Positions 1-9,940 of a stretch of 11,144 nucleotides of DNA are shown piece after piece. The stretch covers positions 1 through 11,144 of the IMG/VR virus record IMGVR_UViG_2695420643_000004, one strand, 5' to 3'. How positions within the stretch are numbered: the first letter of the stretch is position 1; every line of letters starts with the position of its first letter. The DNA comes from a virus. Lineage: Duplodnaviria > Heunggongvirae > Uroviricota > Caudoviricetes. The notes beneath the pieces were generated by a model. It ran no database searches, was not told the origin of the DNA, and was given only the letters and a program-made list of their open reading frames with translations. The position numbers and the translations under genes were made by a program.

Positions 1-360
1 CCCGTTCCTGATGGTGTGGCGATGACGGGTACCGGTAATCCGTTCCTGATGTCGTACTTCACTCAGACCACTGACGGCAGAGTGAATCTGATGCATCACA
101 GGAAAGCCGGAAACACGAAGCTGGGGGAGTTCGGCGATTACGGTAACGACTGGCAGACGCTGGAGCTGGTGTTCACCGCCGGCAGTGCCACGGTTACTCC
201 GAAACTGAATGGAGTGGCTGGCCCGGCATTCCAGGTTATAAAAGACAGTCTGACACTGGGACTGAATGCGCTGACGCTGACGGATGTTACAAAAAATGCA
301 GCGTATGGCGTTGAGATAGAAAGTCTGGTGCTGGAGATAAATGCACCGGCATCATCATAA
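1..360 (+). CDS. 3' end of an upstream gene (5'-partial; C-terminal 119 aa, Gly/Thr/Asn-rich, probably beta-rich); product not recognised
   Basis: Frame 1 is open from base 1 to TAA at 358-360; the ORF-track start at 16 is only the first in-frame GTG. Sits upstream of the holin, the slot where lambdoid phages carry morons. No family recognised from this fragment. Confidence 0.55.
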   Translation, partial: PVPDGVAMTGTGNPFLMSYFTQTTDGRVNLMHHRKAGNTKLGEFGDYGNDWQTLELVFTAGSATVTPKLNGVAGPAFQVIKDSLTLGLNALTLTDVTKNAAYGVEIESLVLEINAPASS

Positions 361-445
361 AAAGTGAGCCAGTCAAATGGAAGGTATCGTTAAACTCACC
401 GGTAGTGTCAGTGGGTCGTCTGAGACGCCTGCATGAGTTATCAGA

Positions 446-474
446 GCCATCAGTAGTTAACTGGTGGCTTTTTT
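446..474 (+). terminator. Intrinsic terminator-like hairpin downstream of the upstream gene
   Basis: Stem GCCATCAG (446-453) pairs with CTGGTGGC (461-468), one G-U wobble, 7-nt loop, followed by TTTTTT (469-474). Confidence 0.45.
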
Positions 475-509
475 ATTGTTGTCAGCTTCCGGATAACGGG
501 AGACGGGGT

Positions 510-725
510 ATGTACCAGATGGAAAAAATCACAACAGGTGTGTCATACACCACGTCAGCGGTGGGGACGGGATACTGGTTACTGCAGCTGCTGGACAAAG
601 TCTCTCCGTCCCAGTGGGTGGCAATAGGCGTGCTGGGGAGTCTGCTGTTTGGTCTGCTGACGTACCTGACGAACCTGTATTTCAAAATCAGAGAAGACCG
701 GCGTAAGGCGGCGCGGGGAGAGTAG
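510..725 (+). CDS. S: Class II holin (pinholin), phage 21 S / DLP12 EssD-like, 71 aa with dual start (Met1 at 510, Met4 at 519)
   Basis: [10 protein letters not shown]... has two TM segments: a Gly/Ala/Ser-rich TMD1 (SAR-like) and TMD2 [18 protein letters not shown], then a charged tail [24 protein letters not shown] lies just upstream of the ATG. The ORF-track start at 405 is an upstream in-frame start without a comparable RBS. Confidence 0.88.
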   Translation: MYQMEKITTGVSYTTSAVGTGYWLLQLLDKVSPSQWVAIGVLGSLLFGLLTYLTNLYFKIREDRRKAARGE

Positions 726-728
726 ACG

Positions 729-1370
729 ATGAACCATGAAGAAATGAATCAGCGCATAAGTTGCCTGGAAAATGAAATCACTGAACTGAATAAAAAACTG
801 TCGGTGCTGATGGTTTCTGAAGATGAAAAAAAACGCCGCGATGAGCAGGAAGCAGCGTTTTACGATGATTGCATCAAAATTGCTCGCAGGACCTTTGCGA
901 AGATTTTGCAGGAAAAGTTTTTACCGACCGCATTGTCAGAAAAGTACTCCATTACAGTTAAAAGTGCCGGAGAGGAAGGCAATAAACGTTATTTTATTGC
1001 GTCTGCACCGGATAAAGACCAGGAATGGGGGGATAATCGGCCATCTTTTATTGTGACAAGCGATGACTGGAATATCACGATCCGTGAAGATGGAAAAGTA
1101 ACACCAGCATCGCACCAGCACAGTGAGGCGCTCATTGAATTTGCCATTGATTACCTGAAGAACAATAAAAAGCAGGGACTAATGAAGCGCATTGGTCGTT
1201 GCATGGGATATCTGCAGGTAGCTGCTGAGATTGAAGCGCTGGCCAGTGGTGCGGACAAGGATGCAGTTGTGCGGGAGGCTCTTCTTCGTGATTTTGATAA
1301 TCCGCCCTTTAAAAAAGTGCCGGCTTACTGGTTTCATCCAGGACTGACTTATCTTAAAGGACGTATATAA
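729..1370 (+). CDS. Hypothetical protein, 213 aa, soluble, N-terminal coiled-coil-like segment; inserted between holin and endolysin
   Basis: ATG is 3 nt after the holin stop with GGGGAGAG 7 nt upstream, so it is probably translationally coupled to S. Visibly AT-rich compared with flanking phage genes. No TM segment or signal peptide, and no family recognised. Confidence 0.7.
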   Translation: MNHEEMNQRISCLENEITELNKKLSVLMVSEDEKKRRDEQEAAFYDDCIKIARRTFAKILQEKFLPTALSEKYSITVKSAGEEGNKRYFIASAPDKDQEWGDNRPSFIVTSDDWNITIREDGKVTPASHQHSEALIEFAIDYLKNNKKQGLMKRIGRCMGYLQVAAEIEALASGADKDAVVREALLRDFDNPPFKKVPAYWFHPGLTYLKGRI

Positions 1371-1379
1371 GCTGGCTCG

Positions 1380-1736
1380 TTATCTGTTGCCGGATAATCG
1401 ACGGAAGATGCGTTCTTTTTGTGATTTGGCGTAATGATGATCCCACTCACATTCAAGGTAGTTTAATTCTTCGTTTAACCAGTCATTTATATTGTCTTTC
1501 AGACGTAGAAGCATGGCTGGTGTTAATATTCTGGACATAATGTCGAGAGTTGGTGGTGTGAGGTGTCCATACGGCTCAGCCTGAATGGATTTTACTGCTT
1601 CGTGGTTTTGCTGAATGAGTTTAAGGAATGCTGATTTAAATTGTTCATTCATGGCCTGCATGCAGGCGGTATATTTATGTTCATCGTTATACATTGCTAA
1701 ATCCTCGACGGGAATTGTCAGATATATTTCAGCCAT
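1380..1736 (-). CDS. Hypothetical protein, 118 aa from ATG at 1736 (122 aa if the GTG at 1748 is used); convergent with the preceding gene
   Basis: Only long ORF in the AT-rich 1371-1822 interval, where random ORFs this long are uncommon. Its stop is 9 bp from the stop of the 729-1370 gene. The RBS is weak and no family is recognised. Confidence 0.45.
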   Translation of the reverse strand: MAEIYLTIPVEDLAMYNDEHKYTACMQAMNEQFKSAFLKLIQQNHEAVKSIQAEPYGHLTPPTLDIMSRILTPAMLLRLKDNINDWLNEELNYLECEWDHHYAKSQKERIFRRLSGNR

Positions 1737-1822
1737 CAGGTAAAACACCAGTGCCCACCACTGGCGGGCTGAAGACTTAACATATCCAGGGATTCGGAAC
1801 CGATAAATCCTGATAAATATCC

Positions 1823-2356
1823 ATGAACACCAAAATCAAATACGGTCTGTCGGCTGCCGTTCTGGCGCTGATTGCCGCAGGTGCGCCTGCGCCTGAAATC
1901 CTCGACCAGTTTCTGGATGAAAAGGAAGGTAACCACACCACGGCATACCGTGATGGTGCGGGGATCTGGACCATCTGCCGTGGAGCCACCCGGGTGGATG
2001 GTAAGCCTGTTATTCCTGGCATGAAGCTGTCAAAGGAAAAATGCGACCGGGTTAACGCCATTGAACGTGATAAGGCGCTGGCATGGGTGGCGAAAAACAT
2101 CAAAGTGCCACTGACTGAACCCCAGAAAGCGGGGATCGCGTCATTCTGCCCGTATAACATTGGCCCCGGTAAGTGTTTCCCGTCGACGTTTTATAAACGA
2201 ATTAATGCAGGCGATCGCAGGGGAGCGTGTGAAGCGATTCGCTGGTGGATTAAGGATGGTGGCAGAGACTGCCGTATCCGCTCAAACAACTGTTACGGTC
2301 AGATATCCCGTCGTGACCAGGAGAGCGCGCTGACGTGCTGGGGAATCGACAGATAA
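1823..2356 (+). CDS. R: SAR endolysin (T4-lysozyme-like muramidase, GH24), DLP12 RrrD-like
   Basis: N-terminal signal-anchor-release segment YGLSAAVLALIAAGAPAP, then the lysozyme catalytic spacing E(GNHTTAYR)D(GAGIW)T. No Shine-Dalgarno motif is visible within about 15 nt upstream of the ATG. Confidence 0.9.
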   Translation: MNTKIKYGLSAAVLALIAAGAPAPEILDQFLDEKEGNHTTAYRDGAGIWTICRGATRVDGKPVIPGMKLSKEKCDRVNAIERDKALAWVAKNIKVPLTEPQKAGIASFCPYNIGPGKCFPSTFYKRINAGDRRGACEAIRWWIKDGGRDCRIRSNNCYGQISRRDQESALTCWGIDR

Positions 2357-2445
2357 GCAGAATATTTTGCTGAAAAATGACGTTGACCAACGCGGACGGA
2401 TAACACGAAATCCTGCGAACTGGCAAAACCTAAGTGAATAAAAGT

Positions 2446-2485
2446 AAAACCCCGTTTGTTGGCAGCAAGCGGGGTTTTGTGTTTC
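2446..2485 (+). terminator. Intrinsic terminator-like hairpin downstream of R
   Basis: AAAACCCCGTTTG (2446-2458) pairs with CAAGCGGGGTTTT (2466-2478), 7-nt loop, one G-U wobble, followed by a T-rich run GTGTTTCTG. Confidence 0.45.
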
Positions 2486-2511
2486 TGACCTTGGATAAGG
2501 CAAGGGAGAAC

Positions 2512-2694
2512 ATGGAAAAGTATAAACGAATTCTGTTGAGGTTGACTATGAAAAACGGCCTTGAACTGAAAGCGCCTGTAACTGATGACATCAGCAGAGC
2601 GCTGGCTTTTGCTATTAAGTGGGTGGCGGTCGGTATTGCTGTGTCTCCGATGCTGTATGGGCTGGCAAAACTGGTCATTGCGTTGAAATCGTGA
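2512..2694 (+). CDS. Small hypothetical membrane protein, 60 aa, with a C-terminal hydrophobic helix
   Basis: ATG at 2512 is preceded by AGGGAGAA. Predicted TM segment WVAVGIAVSPMLYGLAKLVIAL. The ORF-track start at 2434 is a GTG inside the terminator hairpin and is unlikely. Confidence 0.5.
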   Translation: MEKYKRILLRLTMKNGLELKAPVTDDISRALAFAIKWVAVGIAVSPMLYGLAKLVIALKS

Positions 2695-2706
2695 AGAGGA
2701 TTAAGC

Positions 2707-2838
2707 ATGTCAGACAAGCTCATAACGCTGGCGAAGATCCTCTGTGTAATCGTCGGCATTTCATTTTCACTAATGCTGGTTGCTCTTAGGCTGGATGATG
2801 TTGTCTTCGTCGGGGATGCTGGGGTGAGGGGGATATGA
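2707..2838 (+). CDS. Small hypothetical membrane peptide, 43 aa ([43 protein letters not shown])
   Basis: ATG at 2707 with GAGGA upstream; one predicted TM helix; its stop overlaps the Rz start (ATATGA). Not in the ORF track because it is short. Confidence 0.4.
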   Translation: MSDKLITLAKILCVIVGISFSLMLVALRLDDVVFVGDAGVRGI

Positions 2839-3302
2839 ACCGTGTTCTGTGTGTGGTGATTATTGTCCTGCTGGTAGCCTGTGGTGCGCTTGGTCTGGGG
2901 CTGAATCATTACCGCGATAACGCCATCACCTACAAAGCGCAGCGCGATAAAAAAGTCAGAGAGCTGGAGCTGGCGAACGCGACAATTACTGATATGCAGA
3001 TACGCCAGCGTGATGTCGCTGCGCTCGATGCAAAATACTCGAAGGAATTAGCCGATGCGAGAGCTGAAAATGAAACTCTGCGTGCTGATGTTGCCGCTGG
3101 TCGTAAGCGCCTGCGGATCAACGCCACCTGCCCCGGTACCGTGCGTGAAGCCACCGGCACCTCCGGCGTGGATAATGCAACCGGCCCCCGACTGGCAGAC
3201 ACCGCTGAACGGGATTATTTCATCCTCAGAGAACGGTTGATGATGATGCAGAAGCAGCTGGAAGGGGCGCAGGAATATATCCGCACTCAGTGTATTAACT
3301 AG
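2835..3302 (+). CDS. Rz: Rz i-spanin (inner-membrane spanin subunit), 155 aa
   Basis: N-terminal TM anchor and a coiled-coil periplasmic domain with the conserved [15 protein letters not shown]...[12 protein letters not shown] motif close to lambda Rz; nested Rz1 in the +1 frame. Confidence 0.9.
   Translation: MNRVLCVVIIVLLVACGALGLGLNHYRDNAITYKAQRDKKVRELELANATITDMQIRQRDVAALDAKYSKELADARAENETLRADVAAGRKRLRINATCPGTVREATGTSGVDNATGPRLADTAERDYFILRERLMMMQKQLEGAQEYIRTQCIN
3055..3240 (+). CDS. Rz1: Rz1 o-spanin (outer-membrane lipoprotein), embedded within Rz in the +1 frame
   Basis: Lipobox LVVSAC followed by a proline-rich mature region ([32 protein letters not shown]) resembling lambda Rz1. Start could be the ATG at 3055 or 3070. 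Confidence 0.85.
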   Translation: MRELKMKLCVLMLPLVVSACGSTPPAPVPCVKPPAPPAWIMQPAPDWQTPLNGIISSSENG

Positions 3303-3325
3303 TATTTTTGTTATCCGGAGAATGC

Positions 3326-3550
3326 ATGAAGAAATTACTGGTAACCGTAAAGCCTTTTCAGGGAACAATTCCGTTCCGTGTTTTGCAGCGTGGTCGTGTT
3401 CTTATTGAAGGTTCGTTCAGTGGTAAATGTACGCAATTACACTCCCGGACCTTTCAGGTGAATGCCACGAATGAAGAGCTAACCGTGGAGTGTACGATGA
3501 ATGCCGCTAAATGCCGCATGGCATCCGCTGCATTACAGCCAGTGTGTTGA
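3326..3550 (+). CDS. Hypothetical small protein, 74 aa, four Cys, no signal peptide; in the Rz-to-cos moron slot
   Basis: ATG at 3326 preceded by CCGGAGAA. The ORF-track start at 3308 is TTG. Not Bor-like (no lipoprotein signal). Possible relationship to small DLP12-region proteins such as YbcW is unverified. Confidence 0.45.
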   Translation: MKKLLVTVKPFQGTIPFRVLQRGRVLIEGSFSGKCTQLHSRTFQVNATNEELTVECTMNAAKCRMASAALQPVC

Positions 3551-3809
3551 GCGACCTTATTATCCATGCGCGGTATTGTCGCCGTATTCCCGTATTAACA
3601 GAGACCGCAGCCCGACAGGGAGACTCCTCTGCGCGAGTGTGCGGGGATAATCAAAAACGATACACACCGGGGTTTACCGCGTTAACGGAGCGCGGCGTTG
3701 TCCCCTCATGGTCGCTGGTCCGGTGCGATGGTGGAAGAAACTGGATTTTGTTGCAACTGATAATCATTATTGTTTTCGCGGGTCCTTTCCGGCGATCCGG
3801 GCCGTTACG

Positions 3810-3821
3810 GGGCGGCGACCT
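3810..3821. other. cosN: cosN cohesive-end sequence GGGCGGCGACCT (12-nt lambda-type overhang, terminase nicking site)
   Basis: Exact match to the lambda left cohesive end as recalled. Flanks (CGGGCCGTTACG upstream, CGCGGGTTTTCGCTATTTATGAAAATTTTCCGG downstream) match recalled lambda genome ends. Confidence 0.85.
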
Positions 3822-3860
3822 CGCGGGTTTTCGCTATTTATGAAAATTTTCCGGGGAAAA

Positions 3861-3969
3861 TCATGTCGGTACTTCTCGAACATAACTATTTGTTTTTTCT
3901 AATATCGAATCCGTAAAGGTCCGACATGAAAACGCCTGAAAAAGTCATTTTCGGGCACTTTCATGTCGG
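3861..3969. promoter_or_regulatory. cosB: cosB: three putative small-terminase R elements (TCATGTCGG at 3861-3869 forward, 3920-3928 inverted, 3961-3969 forward) with an A/T-rich putative IHF site (about 3881-3912) between the first and second
   Basis: Three copies of one 9-mer in alternating orientation within 110 bp between cosN and nu1, mirroring the lambda R3-I1-R2-R1 layout. The motif differs from the lambda R element as I recall it (CGTTTCC core). Confidence 0.6.
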
Positions 3970-3996
3970 ATCCTGTATTTGTTGTGAGACTGTTTC

Positions 3997-4516
3997 ATGA
4001 AGGTTAATAAAAAGAAACTTGCCGAAATTTTCAACGTGGATCCGCGAACGATTGAACGCTGGCAGTCTCAGGGGCTCCCTTGCGTCTCCGGAGGTGGTAA
4101 GGGCGTTGAATCTGTATTTGATACCGCCACGGCAATTCAGTGGTATGCGCAGAGGGAAGCTGATATCGAAAATGAAAAACTCCGTAAAGAGGTTGAGGAT
4201 TACAGGGCTGCCAGCGAGGCAGATCTCCAGCCTGGGACTATTGAGTACGAACGCCATCGACTTACGCGTGCGCAGGCTGACGCCCAGGAGCTGAAGAATG
4301 CCAGAGACTCCGCAGAAGTGGTGGAAACCGCATTCTGTACTTTCGTGCTGTCACGGATCGCAGGTGAAATTGCCAGTATTCTTGACGGGATCCCTCTCTC
4401 AGTACAGCGGCGTTTTCCGGAACTGGAAAACCGACATGTTGATTTCCTGAAACGGGATATTATCAAAGCCATGAACAAAGCAGCCGCGCTGGATGAACTG
4501 ATACCGGGGTTGCTGA

Positions 4517-4542
<26 letters not shown>
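3997..4542 (+). CDS. nu1: Terminase small subunit (Nu1/gp1), 181 aa
   Basis: The C-terminal two thirds match lambda Nu1 as recalled ([56 protein letters not shown]...). The N-terminal DNA-binding domain is divergent. Overlaps A by 26 nt as in lambda. Confidence 0.95.
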
Positions 4543-8223
<3,681 letters not shown>

Positions 8224-8243
<20 letters not shown>

Positions 8244-9543
8244 TCTCCCGCATATTGCCAGCATGGCTTTTAATGAGCCGCTGATGCTTGAACCCGCCTA
8301 TGCGCGGGTTTTCTTTTGTGCGCTTGCAGGCCAGCTTGGGATCAGCCGCCTGACGGATGCAGTATCCGGCGACAGCCTGACTGCCGGAGAGGCACCCGCG
8401 GCGCTGGCGTTATCCGGTGATGATGACGGACCACGACAGGCCCGCAGTTATCAGGTCATGAACGGCATCGCCGTGCTGCCGGTGTCCGGTACGCTGGTCA
8501 GCCGGACGCGGGCGCTGCAGCCGTATTCGGGAATGACCGGTTACAACGGCATTATCGCCCGTCTGCAACAGGCTGCCAGCGATCCGATGGTGGACGGCAT
8601 TCTGCTGGATATGGACACACCGGGCGGGATGGTGGCGGGAGCATTTGACTGTGCTGACATCATTGCCCGTGTGCGAGACATAAAACCGGTATGGGCGCTG
8701 GCCAACGACATGAACTGCAGTGCAGGTCAGCTGCTTGCCAGCGCCGCCTCCCGGCGTCTGGTCACGCAGACCGCCCGGACAGGCTCCATCGGCGTCATGA
8801 TGGCTCACAGTAATTACGGTGCTGCGCTGGAGAAACAGGGCGTGGAAATCACGCTGATTTACAGCGGCAGCCATAAGGTGGATGGCAACCCCTACAGCCA
8901 TCTACCGGATGATGTCCGGGAAACACTGCAGTCCCGGATGGATGCAACCCGCCGGATGTTTGCACAGAAGGTGTCGGCATATACCGGCCTGTCCGTGCAG
9001 GCTGTGCTGGATACCGAGGCTGCAGTGTACAGCGGTCAGGAGGCCATTGATGCCGGACTGGCTGATGAACTTGTGAACAGTACCGATGCGATCACCGTCA
9101 TGCGTGATGCACTGGATGCACGTAAATCCCGTCTCTCAGGAGGGCGAATGACCAAAGAGACTCAATCAACAACTGTTTCAGCCACTGCTTCGCAGGCTGA
9201 CGTTACTGGCGTGGTGCAAGCGACGGAGGGCGAGAACGCCAGCGCTGCGCAGCCGGACGTGAACGCGCAGATCACCGCAGCGGTTGCGGCAGAAAACAGT
9301 CGCATTATGGGGATCCTCAACTGTGAGGAGGCTCACGGACGCGAAGAACAGGCATGCGTGCTGGCCGAAACCCCCGGTATGACCGTGGAAACGGCCCGCC
9401 GTATTCTGGCCGCAGCACCACAGAGTGCACAGGCGCGCAGTGACACTGCGCTGGATCGTCTGATGCAGGGGGCACCGGCACCGCTGGCTGCAGGTAACCC
9501 GGCATCTGATGCCGTTAACGATTTGCTGAACACACCAGTGTAA
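8224..9543 (+). CDS. C: Head maturation protease / minor capsid protein gpC, 439 aa, GTG start overlapping the B 3' end
   Basis: Protein from GTG at 8224 (TAELRNLPHIASMAFNEPLMLEP...) matches lambda C as recalled. The ORF-track start at 8089 lies inside B and is rejected. Confidence 0.92.
8938..9543 (+). CDS. nu3: Scaffolding protein Nu3, in-frame internal start within C, 201 aa
   Basis: Internal ATG at 8938 (MDATRRMFAQK...) in the C frame, sharing the C stop; position collinear with lambda nu3. Confidence 0.7.
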   Translation: MDATRRMFAQKVSAYTGLSVQAVLDTEAAVYSGQEAIDAGLADELVNSTDAITVMRDALDARKSRLSGGRMTKETQSTTVSATASQADVTGVVQATEGENASAAQPDVNAQITAAVAAENSRIMGILNCEEAHGREEQACVLAETPGMTVETARRILAAAPQSAQARSDTALDRLMQGAPAPLAAGNPASDAVNDLLNTPV

Positions 9544-9552
9544 GGGATGTTT

Positions 9553-9885
9553 ATGACGAGCAAAGAAACCTTTACCCATTACCAGCCGCTGGGCAACAGT
9601 GACCCGGCTCATACCGCAACCGCGCCCGGCGGATTGAGTGCGAAAGCGCCTGCAATGACCCCGCTGATGCTGGACACCTCCACCCGTAAGCTGGTTGCGT
9701 GGGATGGCACCACCGACGGTGCTGCCGTTGGCATTCTTGCAGTTGCTGCTGACCAGACCAGCACCACACTGACGTTCTACAAGTCCGGCACGTTCCGTTA
9801 TGAGGATGTGCTCTGGCCGGAGGCTGCCAGCGACGAGACGAAAAAACGGACCGCGTTTGCCGGAACGGCAATCAGCATCGTTTAA
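9553..9885 (+). CDS. D: Head decoration protein gpD, 110 aa
   Basis: [27 protein letters not shown]... matches lambda D as recalled. The second ATG (9553) is chosen over the first (9547), with AAGGGA upstream. Confidence 0.94.
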   Translation: MTSKETFTHYQPLGNSDPAHTATAPGGLSAKAPAMTPLMLDTSTRKLVAWDGTTDGAAVGILAVAADQTSTTLTFYKSGTFRYEDVLWPEAASDETKKRTAFAGTAISIV

Positions 9886-9902
9886 CCTGACCCTTCATCA
9901 CT

Positions 9903-9927
9903 AAAGGCCGCCTGTGCGGCTTTTTTT
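9903..9927 (+). terminator. Stem-loop with T-run in the D-E intergenic region (terminator-like or mRNA-processing structure)
   Basis: GCCGC (9907-9911) pairs with GCGGC (9916-9920), loop CTGT, flanking A/T pairs, then TTTTTTT (9921-9927). Confidence 0.4.
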
Positions 9928-9940
9928 ACGGGATTTTTTT

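Noticed and set aside
405-509. N-terminal extension of the holin ORF (ORF-track start at 405, 106 aa)
   Set aside because: The extension overlaps the terminator hairpin and has no RBS. The pinholin family is about 70 aa, with a dual-start motif at 510/519 behind a clear GGAG-type RBS.
482-685. 67-aa minus-strand ORF antisense to the holin
   Set aside because: Fully embedded antisense in a well-supported gene, with no start context; treated as a chance ORF.
823-1121. Alternative-frame ORFs 823-1056 (+) and 936-1121 (-) inside the 213-aa gene
   Set aside because: Both are shorter and nested within the longer frame, which has an excellent coupled start; they are most likely frame shadows.
1736-2160. 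Minus-strand ORFs 1736-1936 and 1777-2160 overlapping the endolysin gene
   Set aside because: The endolysin frame carries the conserved SAR domain and catalytic residues; the antisense ORFs have no support.
2383-2411. Possible sigma-70 promoter (TTGACC at 2383-2388 with a weak -10) between R and the terminator hairpin
   Set aside because: The -10 candidate (CGAAAT or ACGAAA) matches consensus poorly; not enough to call a promoter from sequence alone.
2282-2909. Minus-strand ORFs 2282-2503 and 2430-2909 across the R-Rz interval
   Set aside because: They cross the terminator hairpin and overlap the plus-strand small ORFs and the Rz start, which have RBSs and operon-consistent orientation. The minus-strand reading has no start signals. 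A real antisense gene here cannot be fully excluded without expression data.
2930-3368. Minus-strand ORFs 2930-3202 and 3048-3368 antisense to Rz/Rz1
   Set aside because: The Rz/Rz1 nested pair is strongly supported by conserved motifs; the antisense ORFs are shadows in a GC-rich segment.
3511-3902. Plus-strand ORFs 3511-3843 and 3708-3902 spanning the cos region
   Set aside because: They run straight across cosN and the cosB repeats, a conserved non-coding packaging site, and have no credible RBS.
3961-4478. ORFs 3961-4257 (-), 4019-4294 (+) and 4200-4478 (-) overlapping nu1
   Set aside because: nu1 is identified by strong similarity and lambda-like geometry; the others are alternative-frame or antisense shadows.
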